Shown here: positions 32,853 to 42,119 of the stretch, in pieces
How positions within the stretch are numbered: the first letter of the stretch is position 1
How the letters are laid out: each line of letters starts with the position of its first letter
Source of the DNA: an uncultured Acidobacteriota bacterium
Lineage (GTDB): Bacteria > Acidobacteriota > JAQAZP01
Length of the DNA: 64,000 bases
NCBI GenBank assembly: GCA_963836075.1
Contig: CAWIIB010000009.1
Location: forward strand, 1,408,001 to 1,472,000
Reading direction: 5' to 3'
Made by a program: the position numbers and the translations under genes
Notes under the pieces: generated by a model
What the model saw: only the letters and a program-made list of their open reading frames with translations
Database searches by the model: none
What the model was told of the DNA's origin: nothing

Positions 32853-33884
32853 ATGAAGAGAGTTCTATTGGTGGCTTGCATGATGTTGCTGGTCTGCAGC
32901 AGCGCTTCCATGGCCGAACTGGTTGGCGACGACGTGCAGTTCGATGCCCTGTTCGCCGACGAGAGCCCTTACTTCGGTGGAGAGCGGGTTCGGATCTCGG
33001 TACTGGTGATCAACGGCAATGACTTTTACCAGCCGATCCGGCTCCTCTGGCAGATGATGGACCCGCTGGGCAATGTTGCCTCGGGCACGATCCAGAAGAA
33101 CCTTTACCCCTACTGGGCGGGCACGCTCAGCTTTGGCAAGCCCCTCCCCGAAGGTGCCTTCCCCGGCCTCTACACCTGGACCGGAATCCTGATGTCCAAG
33201 GAAGCCGACCTCACCTGGCAGACCGTGGGACAGAAACAGGTCACCTTTTTTGTGGGTGATGAAGGCTCCGCCGGCCCCGGCGGCACCTGGGACTTCTTCT
33301 GCTCGTTGTATCCCGATACCTTTGCCAAGGGTGAGAGCTTCTCCATGGACGCCCTGGTGGGCAACGGTACCGAGAACGAGGCCGATGTCCTGGTGCAGTC
33401 GCTGATCACCGGACCCGGCGGCGCGGAATACATCCTCGGGCCGCACGCGCTGACCGTGCAGCCGGCAAGCAACACCACCGTGCACTTCATCATCAACTCG
33501 TATGTCAACGCCCCCTCCGGCGCGTACACCGTGGCCCAGCAGCTGCTGGACCTGGACAACGAGTTGCTCAACGAAGTGATCACCGGTTTCACCATCACCG
33601 GCACAAGCTTCAGCATGCTTCACGGTGACGCCCTGCTGGCCCTGGCCGCCATTCCGGAAGAGAACAAGCTCGATCCGGAATACAATGTGGCCGCCGACCT
33701 GGACAACATCCTGACGCTGTTCAACGCCGGCGATGTCCAGGGCGCCCTGGACCAGGCCCTGGCGATGATCGAGTATCTGCCGGCGAAGTTCACCACCGCC
33801 GGTGACTTTGCCCCGGCCCTGGATGCCGTCGTGGACTATCTCGAGGCGTCGCTGAACAACAACTTCACCTTCAGCCTGAGCTAG
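32853..33884 (+). CDS. Secreted acidic protein with two Ig-like modules; S-layer/major surface protein candidate
   Basis: Signal peptide ending ASMA, two ~110-aa beta-rich modules each ending P.GxYT, helical C-terminus; own promoter, RBS and terminator. Confidence 0.65.
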   Translation: MKRVLLVACMMLLVCSSASMAELVGDDVQFDALFADESPYFGGERVRISVLVINGNDFYQPIRLLWQMMDPLGNVASGTIQKNLYPYWAGTLSFGKPLPEGAFPGLYTWTGILMSKEADLTWQTVGQKQVTFFVGDEGSAGPGGTWDFFCSLYPDTFAKGESFSMDALVGNGTENEADVLVQSLITGPGGAEYILGPHALTVQPASNTTVHFIINSYVNAPSGAYTVAQQLLDLDNELLNEVITGFTITGTSFSMLHGDALLALAAIPEENKLDPEYNVAADLDNILTLFNAGDVQGALDQALAMIEYLPAKFTTAGDFAPALDAVVDYLEASLNNNFTFSLS

Positions 33885-33909
33885 GCTGTTTCCGGTAGTA
33901 GAGACCACC

Positions 33910-33942
33910 GGCCGCCGGTCATCCGACCGGCGGCCTTTTTTT
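33910..33942 (+). terminator. Intrinsic terminator
   Basis: GGCCGCCGGTC-atcc-GACCGGCGGCC followed by T7. Confidence 0.9.
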
Positions 33943-34017
33943 ATGACGACCTCATCTGTTAGAATTTTCACCTGGCAGGAACCTGCGCTGTCCGCGGATG
34001 AGAGGGGGGATCGACCG

Positions 34018-34386
34018 GTGCACGAGATTTCGGTGGAAGTGACCTTTTCCGCGGCCCACCGCATCCGGTTGGGCGAGGGGGAAGTGGACCGCCTGCACGG
34101 GCACAACTGGAAGACGGTGGTCTCCGTCCGGACCGACCGGCTGGACGAGAACGGCCTGGCCCTCGATTTTGGCCGCCTGCGCCAGATCACCCGCGACGTG
34201 ACCCAGAAGCTGGACCACCAGGACGTGAACGCGGTGCCGCCTTTCGACTATCTCAATCCCACTGCCGAGAACGTGGCCCGGTGGATCTTTGAGGAAATCG
34301 CCTCCCGGCTGGCCGAGCCGCACCTGCGGGTATCCCGGGTCCAGGTCTGGGAGGAAGAAGGGGTCTCGGCGTCCTACTTTGCCTGA
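34018..34386 (+). CDS. queD: 6-carboxytetrahydropterin synthase family protein
   Basis: FSAAH, LHGHNW, LDH..N, NPTAENVA, VWE; GTG start; next to queE and queC. Lacks the usual Cys. Confidence 0.88.
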   Translation: MHEISVEVTFSAAHRIRLGEGEVDRLHGHNWKTVVSVRTDRLDENGLALDFGRLRQITRDVTQKLDHQDVNAVPPFDYLNPTAENVARWIFEEIASRLAEPHLRVSRVQVWEEEGVSASYFA

Positions 34387-35068
34387 CCTGAAGATCAAGC
34401 TGAACGAACTGTTTCACAGCATTCAGGGCGAGTCGACCCTCGCCGGACTGCCCACGGTCTTTGTCCGTTTTCAGGGGTGCAACCTTTCCTGCGGTTACTG
34501 TGATACGCCCCGGGCCCGGGTGGAGGGGCCCGGCCATGCGGTGGAAGCTGAAACACTGGTTGCCCTGATCGTTAAGCGCGGCTGCCGGCACGTCTGCCTC
34601 ACCGGGGGCGAACCACTGCTGCAGCGGGACGCGGTGGTCCTGCTGGCCCGGCGGCTCATCGGGCAGGGCCTCACGGTTTCGCTGGAGACCAACGGCAGCC
34701 TGCCTCTTGCCGGCCTGCCGCCGGGACTGCGCCGGGTGATGGACCTGAAAACGCCGGGCAGCGGCATGGCCGGCCGGAACCTGGCGGAGAATCTCGATCA
34801 ACTGGGGGACGGCGACGAACTGAAATGCGTGATCACCGGCCGTGAAGATTTTCTCTGGGCGGTGGAGCGGGTGCGGGAGGCGAATCTGCCGCAGAGCGTT
34901 GCGGTGCATTTCTCGCCCGCCGGCGGCTTCCTGGAAGCCGCCGTGTTGGCCGGCTGGATCCTGGAAACCGGTTTGCCGCTGCGGCTGCAGCTCCAGTTGC
35001 ACCGTCTGATCTGGCCCGACGGGCGGGACGGATCGCCGCTGGATCTGCTGGCCGGGGCGGAGGAGTGA
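34379..35068 (+). CDS. queE: 7-carboxy-7-deazaguanine synthase (radical SAM)
   Basis: ELFHSIQGE, CNLSCGYCDT, LTGGEPL, ETNG, QLQLH; TTG start overlapping queD. Confidence 0.95.
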   Translation: MPDLKIKLNELFHSIQGESTLAGLPTVFVRFQGCNLSCGYCDTPRARVEGPGHAVEAETLVALIVKRGCRHVCLTGGEPLLQRDAVVLLARRLIGQGLTVSLETNGSLPLAGLPPGLRRVMDLKTPGSGMAGRNLAENLDQLGDGDELKCVITGREDFLWAVERVREANLPQSVAVHFSPAGGFLEAAVLAGWILETGLPLRLQLQLHRLIWPDGRDGSPLDLLAGAEE

Positions 35069-35072
35069 GACC

Positions 35073-35822
35073 ATGGCCGGGGAGGCAAGAGCGGAAGCGG
35101 TGGTGTTGGCCAGCGGCGGGCTGGACAGCTGTGTCGCCACGGCGCTCACCGTGAAAACCTGTGGCGCCGGCGCCACAGCCATGCTGCACATCAGTTACGG
35201 GCAGCGCACCGCGGCCCGTGAGGAACAGGCCATGACGGCCATCGCCCGGCGCCTCGGCGTGAGCCGGCTGCTGGTCATCCCGCTCCCCGGCCTGGGGGCC
35301 ATGGGCGGGTCGAGCCTCACCGATTCCGACCTGCCGCTGCCGGACGGCGCCGGGGGTGACGGGATGATTCCCAGCACCTATGTGCCGTTCCGCAACACGG
35401 TGCTCTGCTCGCTGGCCGTGGCCTGGGCCGAGGCTCTGGGCGCCTCGCGGGTGGTGCTGGGCGCGGTGCAGTCGGACCGGGCGGGGTACCCCGATTGCCG
35501 AGCCGAATACATCGAGGCTCTGAACCGTCTGGTGGCCACCGGCACCCGGCCCGGGACCGGCATCGAGGTGCAGGCCCCGCTGATCGCCATGAGCAAGGAG
35601 GAGATCGTCCGCCTCGGGACGAGAATCGGAGCTCCATTGGAACTGAGCTGGTCCTGCTACGGGCTGGCGGACCGGGCCTGTGGCCGGTGCGAGAGCTGCC
35701 GGACCCGGTTGGAGGGCTTTCGGGCCGCCGGCCTGGCGGACCCGGTTCCGTACCTGCTCCGGGGAGCTGATCTTCGGCCCGTCCTGTTTGAAGAGACCGG
35801 GCCGGCTGTGATATACCGCTGA
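35073..35822 (+). CDS. queC: 7-cyano-7-deazaguanine synthase
   Basis: SGGLDS, YGQR, TYVPFRN, GYPDCR, WSCY, CGRCESC. Confidence 0.96.
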   Translation: MAGEARAEAVVLASGGLDSCVATALTVKTCGAGATAMLHISYGQRTAAREEQAMTAIARRLGVSRLLVIPLPGLGAMGGSSLTDSDLPLPDGAGGDGMIPSTYVPFRNTVLCSLAVAWAEALGASRVVLGAVQSDRAGYPDCRAEYIEALNRLVATGTRPGTGIEVQAPLIAMSKEEIVRLGTRIGAPLELSWSCYGLADRACGRCESCRTRLEGFRAAGLADPVPYLLRGADLRPVLFEETGPAVIYR

Positions 35823-35901
35823 AGCTATCATTTTATTGGGAAACCGGCGGGATACGGGACAGAGGACCGGGCCCCGCCGGTACGAGTTCAAGGAGAGACC
35901 C

Positions 35902-36204
35902 ATGTCGGCACGGAGACCGAGCGAGAACGAAGAGGAATATTTTGCCAGGCAGGAGTTCGAGCGCCTCAAGGCCCGGGCCCGGAAGAACTGTGAGGGCGAA
36001 AAGGAGTCCGAGTGCACCAGGCTCAAGGAACTGCACTACATGTGCTGCCCCAAGTGCGGCCACGCCATGGTGGAGGTGGAGCTGGAGGGCATCAAGGTCG
36101 ACAAGTGCACCTGCTGCAAAGGCATCTACTTCGATGACGGTGAGCTGGAGCAGATCCTGGAGAAGCAGCCCGGCCGGTTCCTGAAGACAGTCTTCCGCTG
36201 GTAA
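35902..36204 (+). CDS. zf-TFIIB zinc-ribbon protein
   Basis: CPKCG...VDKCTCCKGIYFDDGELE; AAGGAG RBS. Confidence 0.88.
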   Translation: MSARRPSENEEEYFARQEFERLKARARKNCEGEKESECTRLKELHYMCCPKCGHAMVEVELEGIKVDKCTCCKGIYFDDGELEQILEKQPGRFLKTVFRW

Positions 36205-36260
36205 TCGGGCTTGTATCCGCTGCTGATTGGCGATATCCCATTTAACCTTGCGGGGGTTCC

Positions 36261-37754
36261 ATGTCCCGGATTCTGCTCTTCGGGTTCTCCCCTCTGCCGG
36301 TGGAAAACAGTCACCGGCTGCATGCTCCGGGAATCCGAACCTGGCAGATGGCCAGCCCGCTGCTGGCCGACGGCCACGAACTGCTGCTGGTCTGCTGTCG
36401 CTACAGCGCCGGCTACGGGGACCAGGAGCCGGACACCATCGAACTGGAGCGTCCGGAGGCCGGCCTCAAGTGCCTGCTGCTCAGGGATTCCCTGTTCAAT
36501 GATGCCGGGTACCTGCAGACCCTCCACGACCAGTTCCAGCCCGACTGTGTGGTGGGCGCCACGGTGATCCCCTCGGCGGCGGCGGTGAAGCTGGAAACCG
36601 GAGCGCCCATCTGGGCCGACCTCTTTGGCCATTTCATGGCCGAGGGTCAGGCCAAGGCCTCGGTCTACCAGGATGACGAACTGCTGACCAGCTACTTCGG
36701 CATCGCTCGCTCGATCCTCCTCCGGGCGGATATCTTCTCCACGGTGTCCCACGCCCAGGAACTGGCCGCCATCGGTGAACTGGGGCTCTCCGGACGGCTC
36801 AACTCCCGGACGTCCGGCTATGGCTTCACCGTGGAGATCCCCTGTGCCATGGATGCCGAGCCGTTCCCCGAGACGGGTCCGGTGATCCGGGGCGACCTGG
36901 TGGCCGAGGATGATTTCGTGATCCTCTGGAGCGGGGGTTACAATACCTGGGCCGATGTGGACACCCTGTTCAAAGCCCTGGAAACGGCCATGAGCCGCGA
37001 CCCGGGTATCCGTTTCGTCTCCATCGGCGGTGAGCTGACCGGCCAGGACGATCGCACCTACCCCCGTTTCCGCGAGATGGTGGAGCAGTCGTCTTTGCGG
37101 GACCGGTGCTTCTTCAAGGGCTGGATCCCCACGGCGGAGGTGCCGGCGCATTACGCCGACGCCGACGTGGGGATCAACGTGGACAAGGACATCTACGAGG
37201 TCCGGCTGGGGAGCAAGAACAGGATTCTGGACTGGATGCGGGCCGGGCTGCCCGCGCTCTGCTCCAGGGTCTGCGAATTGAGCATCGCCCTGGAGGAGTC
37301 CGGGGTGGGCTTCACCTATCCCCCGGGGGACAGCGCGGCCCTGGCCGAGACCATCCTGCGGCTGGCCGCCGATCGCGAGGGGACCAGGGCCTTGCGCCGG
37401 AGGGTCCGTGAGCACGCGCTCGGCCACTACACGTTTCCGATCACCACCGAGCCGCTGCGCCGCTGGGTCCGCCACCCGGCCCCGGCTCCTGACCGGGACA
37501 ACCCGGTGCGCATCGACCAGAACTGGTATGACCGCTACGTGGACCTGCTCCGGCAAAAGGACCGCATCGTCCTCGACCTCGAGGCCTCGCTGATGAAGCA
37601 GGAGGGGACCTTGCGGCTTCACGAGGAGCGGGTGCGGGAACGCGATGAGGAGATCCGGCGGCACCGGCGCTACCGGGAGCAGGTGGAGGGGGACCGGATT
37701 TACCAGCGGCTGCAGGCACTGCGCCGCTTCTGGTCCCGGATTCGCGGCGGCTGA
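36261..37754 (+). CDS. GT4-like glycosyltransferase with C-terminal coiled coil
   Basis: ILWSGG..W.D, FFKGWIP, RILDWMRAGLP, PGDSAALA. Confidence 0.85.
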   Translation: MSRILLFGFSPLPVENSHRLHAPGIRTWQMASPLLADGHELLLVCCRYSAGYGDQEPDTIELERPEAGLKCLLLRDSLFNDAGYLQTLHDQFQPDCVVGATVIPSAAAVKLETGAPIWADLFGHFMAEGQAKASVYQDDELLTSYFGIARSILLRADIFSTVSHAQELAAIGELGLSGRLNSRTSGYGFTVEIPCAMDAEPFPETGPVIRGDLVAEDDFVILWSGGYNTWADVDTLFKALETAMSRDPGIRFVSIGGELTGQDDRTYPRFREMVEQSSLRDRCFFKGWIPTAEVPAHYADADVGINVDKDIYEVRLGSKNRILDWMRAGLPALCSRVCELSIALEESGVGFTYPPGDSAALAETILRLAADREGTRALRRRVREHALGHYTFPITTEPLRRWVRHPAPAPDRDNPVRIDQNWYDRYVDLLRQKDRIVLDLEASLMKQEGTLRLHEERVRERDEEIRRHRRYREQVEGDRIYQRLQALRRFWSRIRGG

Positions 37755-37795
37755 ACCGCCGGCCGGGGTCGCAACAGGACGGACGAAGAATACTC

Positions 37796-39499
37796 ATGGC
37801 CGTTGATGACAACTGGGAAATTCTGGACAACGCCAACGTGTGGCACATCAGCCCGGCCGGGGAGCTGGTGCCCGGTGCGGAGCTGGGCCAGTCCTTTGTC
37901 TGCCGCCGGCCGGGGTTGCACCGGGTGGAACTGCTGCTGGCCAATTACCAGCAGCCCATCGACTCCACCGTGCTGGTCCGGTTGCGCGAGGAGGGCCCCG
38001 GGGGGCGGTTGATCTTCCAGCGGCCGTTCAACACGCTGCAGGTGGTGGACAACGCCTGGCAGAGTTTTGATTTCCCGGTGATTCCCCACAGCGCCGGGCG
38101 GCGCTACTACCTGTCGCTCACCTCGCTCCGCGCGGACAGCGGGCGCCACATCACCGCCTGGCACCACCCGAAGCTCAAGCTGGACGGCGGGACCCTCTAT
38201 CGCAACGGGCAGGCCCAGAAACGCGGCGCGCTGAGCCTGCGAGCCTGGGTGCAGCGGGAGGAGCCGGTGCGGCGGCGCTACCACGAGTTCCGGCGGGCCT
38301 ACCGCGACGGCGTGGACGACTACCGGGAACCGCCGCTGCAGCTCTACGTGGAAGTGGCCTCGCGCTGCAACCTCAGCTGCATCATGTGCCGTGACCGGGA
38401 CGGGTCGGTGATGGTCCCCCAGAAAGCCGGCAGCGCCGCCGGGTTCATGGAGTTCGACCTGTTCCGGCAGCTCAGACCGCTGCTGGAGAGCGTCTACACG
38501 GTGAACCTCTTCGGCTGGGGTGAACCGATGCTGCACAAGGAGTTCATCCGCTTCATCGAGTTCACCCGGGAGTGCAGCAACCGCTGCCGGATCAACTTCA
38601 ACACCAACGGCACCCTGCTGAGCGCGCAGAAGGCGGCCCGGCTGGTGGAACTGGATGTGACCCGGGTCTGCTTCTCCATCGACAGCCCGGACCCCGAGAC
38701 CTTCGAAAAGATCCGCCGCGGGGCGAAGTTCGACCGGATCATCACCAACATCGACCGGCTGCGCATGCTTCGCGACGGCCGGCTGGCTTCGGGAGAGGGC
38801 AGCCGGCTGGTGCTGGCCATGGAGCAGGTGGTGATGCAGCCCAATGTGGGCCAGCTGGTGGAGACGGTGAACCTGGCCAGCCGCCTGGGCATCGGCGAAC
38901 TCTATCTCGAGCAGCTCTACGGCCCGTTCCCCGATCTGATCGTGGAGGATCTCGGGCCTCATCTCGAAGGGTACCGAGCCGCCCGGGAGGTTTCCCTGGA
39001 TCTGAACGTGGCCCTGATCGGGCCGATGGTGCGCAGGTTCGAGGCCCTGCTGGAGGGGGGTGGACGTGACGAGCCGGAAGCCGCCGGTCCCGGTGAAGAC
39101 CGGCCGGCACACCTGCCCGCCGCCCGTTGCCCCGAGCCGTGGCAGACCATCTTCGTCGATCGCACCGGCAACGTGATCCCCTGCTGTTTCCAGCAGTTCT
39201 GCACCGCCCTGGGCCGCATCCCGGAGATGACGACGGAGCAGGTCTGGAGGGGCGAGGAATACAATACCCTGCGCCGGGGCGTGGTGGACCAACCGTATTA
39301 CCCGGGCTGTGAAAACTGTATCGCCGCCCAGTTGCCGCCGCCGCCCGTCCTGTCCCCGGAATGGATGAATTCGCTGGAACTGGCCCCCCCGGGGCCGGAG
39401 CCCATCGAGATCCCCCCGGCCCCGCCGTTGCCGCCCCGGGGCGCGGCCCGCATCGCCCGTGCCATCTGGCGCCGCCTGCCCGGCGCGGGCCGGCGCTGA
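37796..39499 (+). CDS. Radical SAM protein with SPASM/twitch domain and N-terminal beta-sandwich
   Basis: CNLSCIMC, GWGEPML, NTNGTLL, SIDS, CPEPW...VIPCC...CENC. Confidence 0.9.
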   Translation: MAVDDNWEILDNANVWHISPAGELVPGAELGQSFVCRRPGLHRVELLLANYQQPIDSTVLVRLREEGPGGRLIFQRPFNTLQVVDNAWQSFDFPVIPHSAGRRYYLSLTSLRADSGRHITAWHHPKLKLDGGTLYRNGQAQKRGALSLRAWVQREEPVRRRYHEFRRAYRDGVDDYREPPLQLYVEVASRCNLSCIMCRDRDGSVMVPQKAGSAAGFMEFDLFRQLRPLLESVYTVNLFGWGEPMLHKEFIRFIEFTRECSNRCRINFNTNGTLLSAQKAARLVELDVTRVCFSIDSPDPETFEKIRRGAKFDRIITNIDRLRMLRDGRLASGEGSRLVLAMEQVVMQPNVGQLVETVNLASRLGIGELYLEQLYGPFPDLIVEDLGPHLEGYRAAREVSLDLNVALIGPMVRRFEALLEGGGRDEPEAAGPGEDRPAHLPAARCPEPWQTIFVDRTGNVIPCCFQQFCTALGRIPEMTTEQVWRGEEYNTLRRGVVDQPYYPGCENCIAAQLPPPPVLSPEWMNSLELAPPGPEPIEIPPAPPLPPRGAARIARAIWRRLPGAGRR

Positions 39500-39513
39500 A
39501 CGGAGGACTCCGC

Positions 39514-40800
39514 TTGAGCCGCGTGACACTGATATCGCCCGAACGGATTCGTCTCCGGATGGCTGGAGTGGGTGTGCGCTACCTGGAGATGGCCCGCTTT
39601 CTCAGCCGCCGCCACCAGGTGACCCTGCTGGCGCCCAACGACGACCTGCCGCAGGAGCAGGAGTTCCGTCTCGACACCTGGCGCGAGGGTGAGTTTGTCC
39701 GGCTGACCAGGGACGCCGAGGTGGTGGTGATTCACGGGCACGTGTCCAATCACTATTTTGCCGAGGTGCAGGGCATCCCCACCGTGGTGGATCTCTACGA
39801 TCCGTTCCTGGTGGAAAACATGCACTACGCCGCCGCCATGGGCGAGGAGGTCTTTCTCTTTGACCACGCCACCCTTTCCCGGCAGCTTCACCGGGGCGAT
39901 TTCTTCCTCTGTTTCACGCCCTGGCAACGGCTGTTCTACCTGGGGATGCTGGCCGCCCTGGGCCGGGTGAACCCGGGCAACTTCCCTGGCGACCGGACCC
40001 TGGAGGGCCTGGTGGCACTGGTCCCCTTCGGCGTTCCGGAACACGACCCGCTCCGCGGGGAACCGCTGCTGCGCGGCCGGGTGGCGGGGATCGGCGAGGA
40101 GGACCGCCTGCTTTTTTACGGCGGCATCTACGACTGGCACGACCCGCTCACCGCCCTCCGTGCCGTGGAGCTGTTGTGGGAAGAAAAGGCCGGCGGCGGC
40201 CAGGGGCCGAAGCTGGTTTTCGTGCGCAACCCCAACCTGGAGACCACACCCCAGGAGCGCTACGGTGAGGCCCGTCGCTGGTGCGAGGAGCGGGACTGGC
40301 TCGGCAGCCGCGCCTTCTTCATCGACTGGATCGACTACCAGCGGCGGGAGAGCGCCTACCTCGAGTGTGACCTGGGGCTGGCCACCTTTCCCGCCGGGCT
40401 GGAGGCCGATCTCTCCTTCCGCACCCGGGTGCTGGACTGGCTCTGGTGCGGGCTTCCGGTGGTGGTCACCGACGGGGGATGGACCGGAGAACTGCTGCGC
40501 GGCGAGGGGGCCGGGGCCGTGGCCCAGCCTGGAAACCCCGGGGAGGTGGCCCGGCTGATCGGTGAACTGCTGGAGGATACCGGCCGGCGAGAGGAACTGG
40601 CCCGCAGAGGCCGCCGGCTGGTGGACCGCCGCTTTCGTTGGGAACAGATCCTCGAACCGCTGGACCGCTTCTGCGCGGCCCCGCGGGTTGCCGCGGACAA
40701 GGAACTGGCCGGCCGGACCTCGGGCGCCGCAGATCCCCGGGGCGAAGGGTCCGGCGCCGGCCGCCGGCTGAGAAACTGGTTCACCGGCCGCGGCCGGTGA
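39514..40800 (+). CDS. GT4-like glycosyltransferase
   Basis: MAGVGVRY, VVDLYDP, YGGIYDWHDP, SFRTRVLDWLWCGLP; TTG start after GGAGG. Confidence 0.87.
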   Translation: MSRVTLISPERIRLRMAGVGVRYLEMARFLSRRHQVTLLAPNDDLPQEQEFRLDTWREGEFVRLTRDAEVVVIHGHVSNHYFAEVQGIPTVVDLYDPFLVENMHYAAAMGEEVFLFDHATLSRQLHRGDFFLCFTPWQRLFYLGMLAALGRVNPGNFPGDRTLEGLVALVPFGVPEHDPLRGEPLLRGRVAGIGEEDRLLFYGGIYDWHDPLTALRAVELLWEEKAGGGQGPKLVFVRNPNLETTPQERYGEARRWCEERDWLGSRAFFIDWIDYQRRESAYLECDLGLATFPAGLEADLSFRTRVLDWLWCGLPVVVTDGGWTGELLRGEGAGAVAQPGNPGEVARLIGELLEDTGRREELARRGRRLVDRRFRWEQILEPLDRFCAAPRVAADKELAGRTSGAADPRGEGSGAGRRLRNWFTGRGR

Positions 40801-40814
40801 GGGAGCACTGAAGA

Positions 40815-42119
40815 ATGCAGGAAGAACCCCTGATGCCCGAGCCGGATACAGCGCAACCGCTGGTCACCGTGGTGGTGCTGAACTACAACGGCCGTGACCA
40901 CCTGGAGTATTGCCTCCCTTCGCTGCTGGAGCTGGAATTCCCCCGGGACCGGCTGGAACTTCTGGTGGTGGACAACGGTTCCACCGACGGGTCCGACGAG
41001 GTGGTGGCCCGGTTCGCCCCGCAGGTGGAACTGCTCTCCGCCGGGGGCAACATCGGTTTCAGCGCCGGCAACAACCTGGGCGCCCGGCAGGCCCGGGGCC
41101 GCTACGTGGCCTTTCTCAACAATGACACCCGGGTGTCACCCGGCTGGCTCGCCTCGCTCTGCCGGACCATGGACGGTGCCCCCAACGCGGCCGCCGTGGC
41201 GGGCAAACTGCTGTCCTGGGACGGGTCTCGCCTCGATTTCGGCAAGGGGATCATCACCTTTGACGGTCACGCCTTCCAGGAGGGCGCCGGACTGCCGCTG
41301 GACCGCGATCCCCACCACCAGGTGGCCGAGACCTTCATCCCCTGCGGCGGGAACATGCTGGTGCGCCGGGAACTGTTTCTGGAACTGGGCGGGTTTGACG
41401 AGGACTACTTCGCCTATCTCGAGGACGTGGACCTGGCCTGGCGCTTCTGGGCTTCGGGCCACCGGGTGCTCCTGGACCCCGGCGCGGTGGCCTACCATCG
41501 CTCGGAAGGGACTTCCGGCCGGATGGACCCCTTTGACCGCGGTTTTCTTTTCGAACGCAACGCGTTCATCACCGCGGTGAAGAACCTGGACCAGGAATAT
41601 TTCCCCCGGGTGTTTCCAGCGGTGCTGTTGACCTTGATCAACCGCACCATGTGTCTCGGCCCGCGACTGGCCGACCGGGAGGGCCTGCTGGGCCGCTATC
41701 CCTTCACCAGCGAGGGGTACACCGGGGATCTGGGGGCGGCCCGCACCAACAGCGGGCAGAAACCCGGACCGCGGAGGGGCGGGCGCCTGCGGGACATGGC
41801 GGCCCGGATCGGGCGCTGGCTGCTGCCGGAGCAGGAGGATCGCCGGTCGGCCCTGACCATGGACCACCCGCACAGCATCAGCCAGTTGCGGGCGGTGCAC
41901 TACGTCCTGGAAAATCTCGACGCGATCCTGGAGAAGCGCCGGTTGGTGCAGGCCAAACGGCGGGTGGCCGACCGCACGATTTTCGGCCGGTTCCCGCTGC
42001 ACCTGGTGCCCACCTACCCCGGCGATGCGGAGCTGTTCCAGACCCGATTTTTCCAATGGCTGCTGACCGTGGAGACGCAGTGGAAATCCCTCGAGGAGAT
42101 TCAGCACAGCGATGAGTGA
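40815..42119 (+). CDS. GT2 glycosyltransferase
   Basis: VVVLNYNG, VDNGSTDGS, FLNND, GGFDEDYFAYLEDVDL. Confidence 0.92.
   Translation: MQEEPLMPEPDTAQPLVTVVVLNYNGRDHLEYCLPSLLELEFPRDRLELLVVDNGSTDGSDEVVARFAPQVELLSAGGNIGFSAGNNLGARQARGRYVAFLNNDTRVSPGWLASLCRTMDGAPNAAAVAGKLLSWDGSRLDFGKGIITFDGHAFQEGAGLPLDRDPHHQVAETFIPCGGNMLVRRELFLELGGFDEDYFAYLEDVDLAWRFWASGHRVLLDPGAVAYHRSEGTSGRMDPFDRGFLFERNAFITAVKNLDQEYFPRVFPAVLLTLINRTMCLGPRLADREGLLGRYPFTSEGYTGDLGAARTNSGQKPGPRRGGRLRDMAARIGRWLLPEQEDRRSALTMDHPHSISQLRAVHYVLENLDAILEKRRLVQAKRRVADRTIFGRFPLHLVPTYPGDAELFQTRFFQWLLTVETQWKSLEEIQHSDE

Noticed and set aside
37796-39499. Radical SAM as an anaerobic sulfatase maturase for the five lipoproteins
   Set aside because: Targets lack the Cys/Ser motif, and the enzyme has a short twitch-type Cys pattern plus a glycan-locus domain rather than the anSME pattern.
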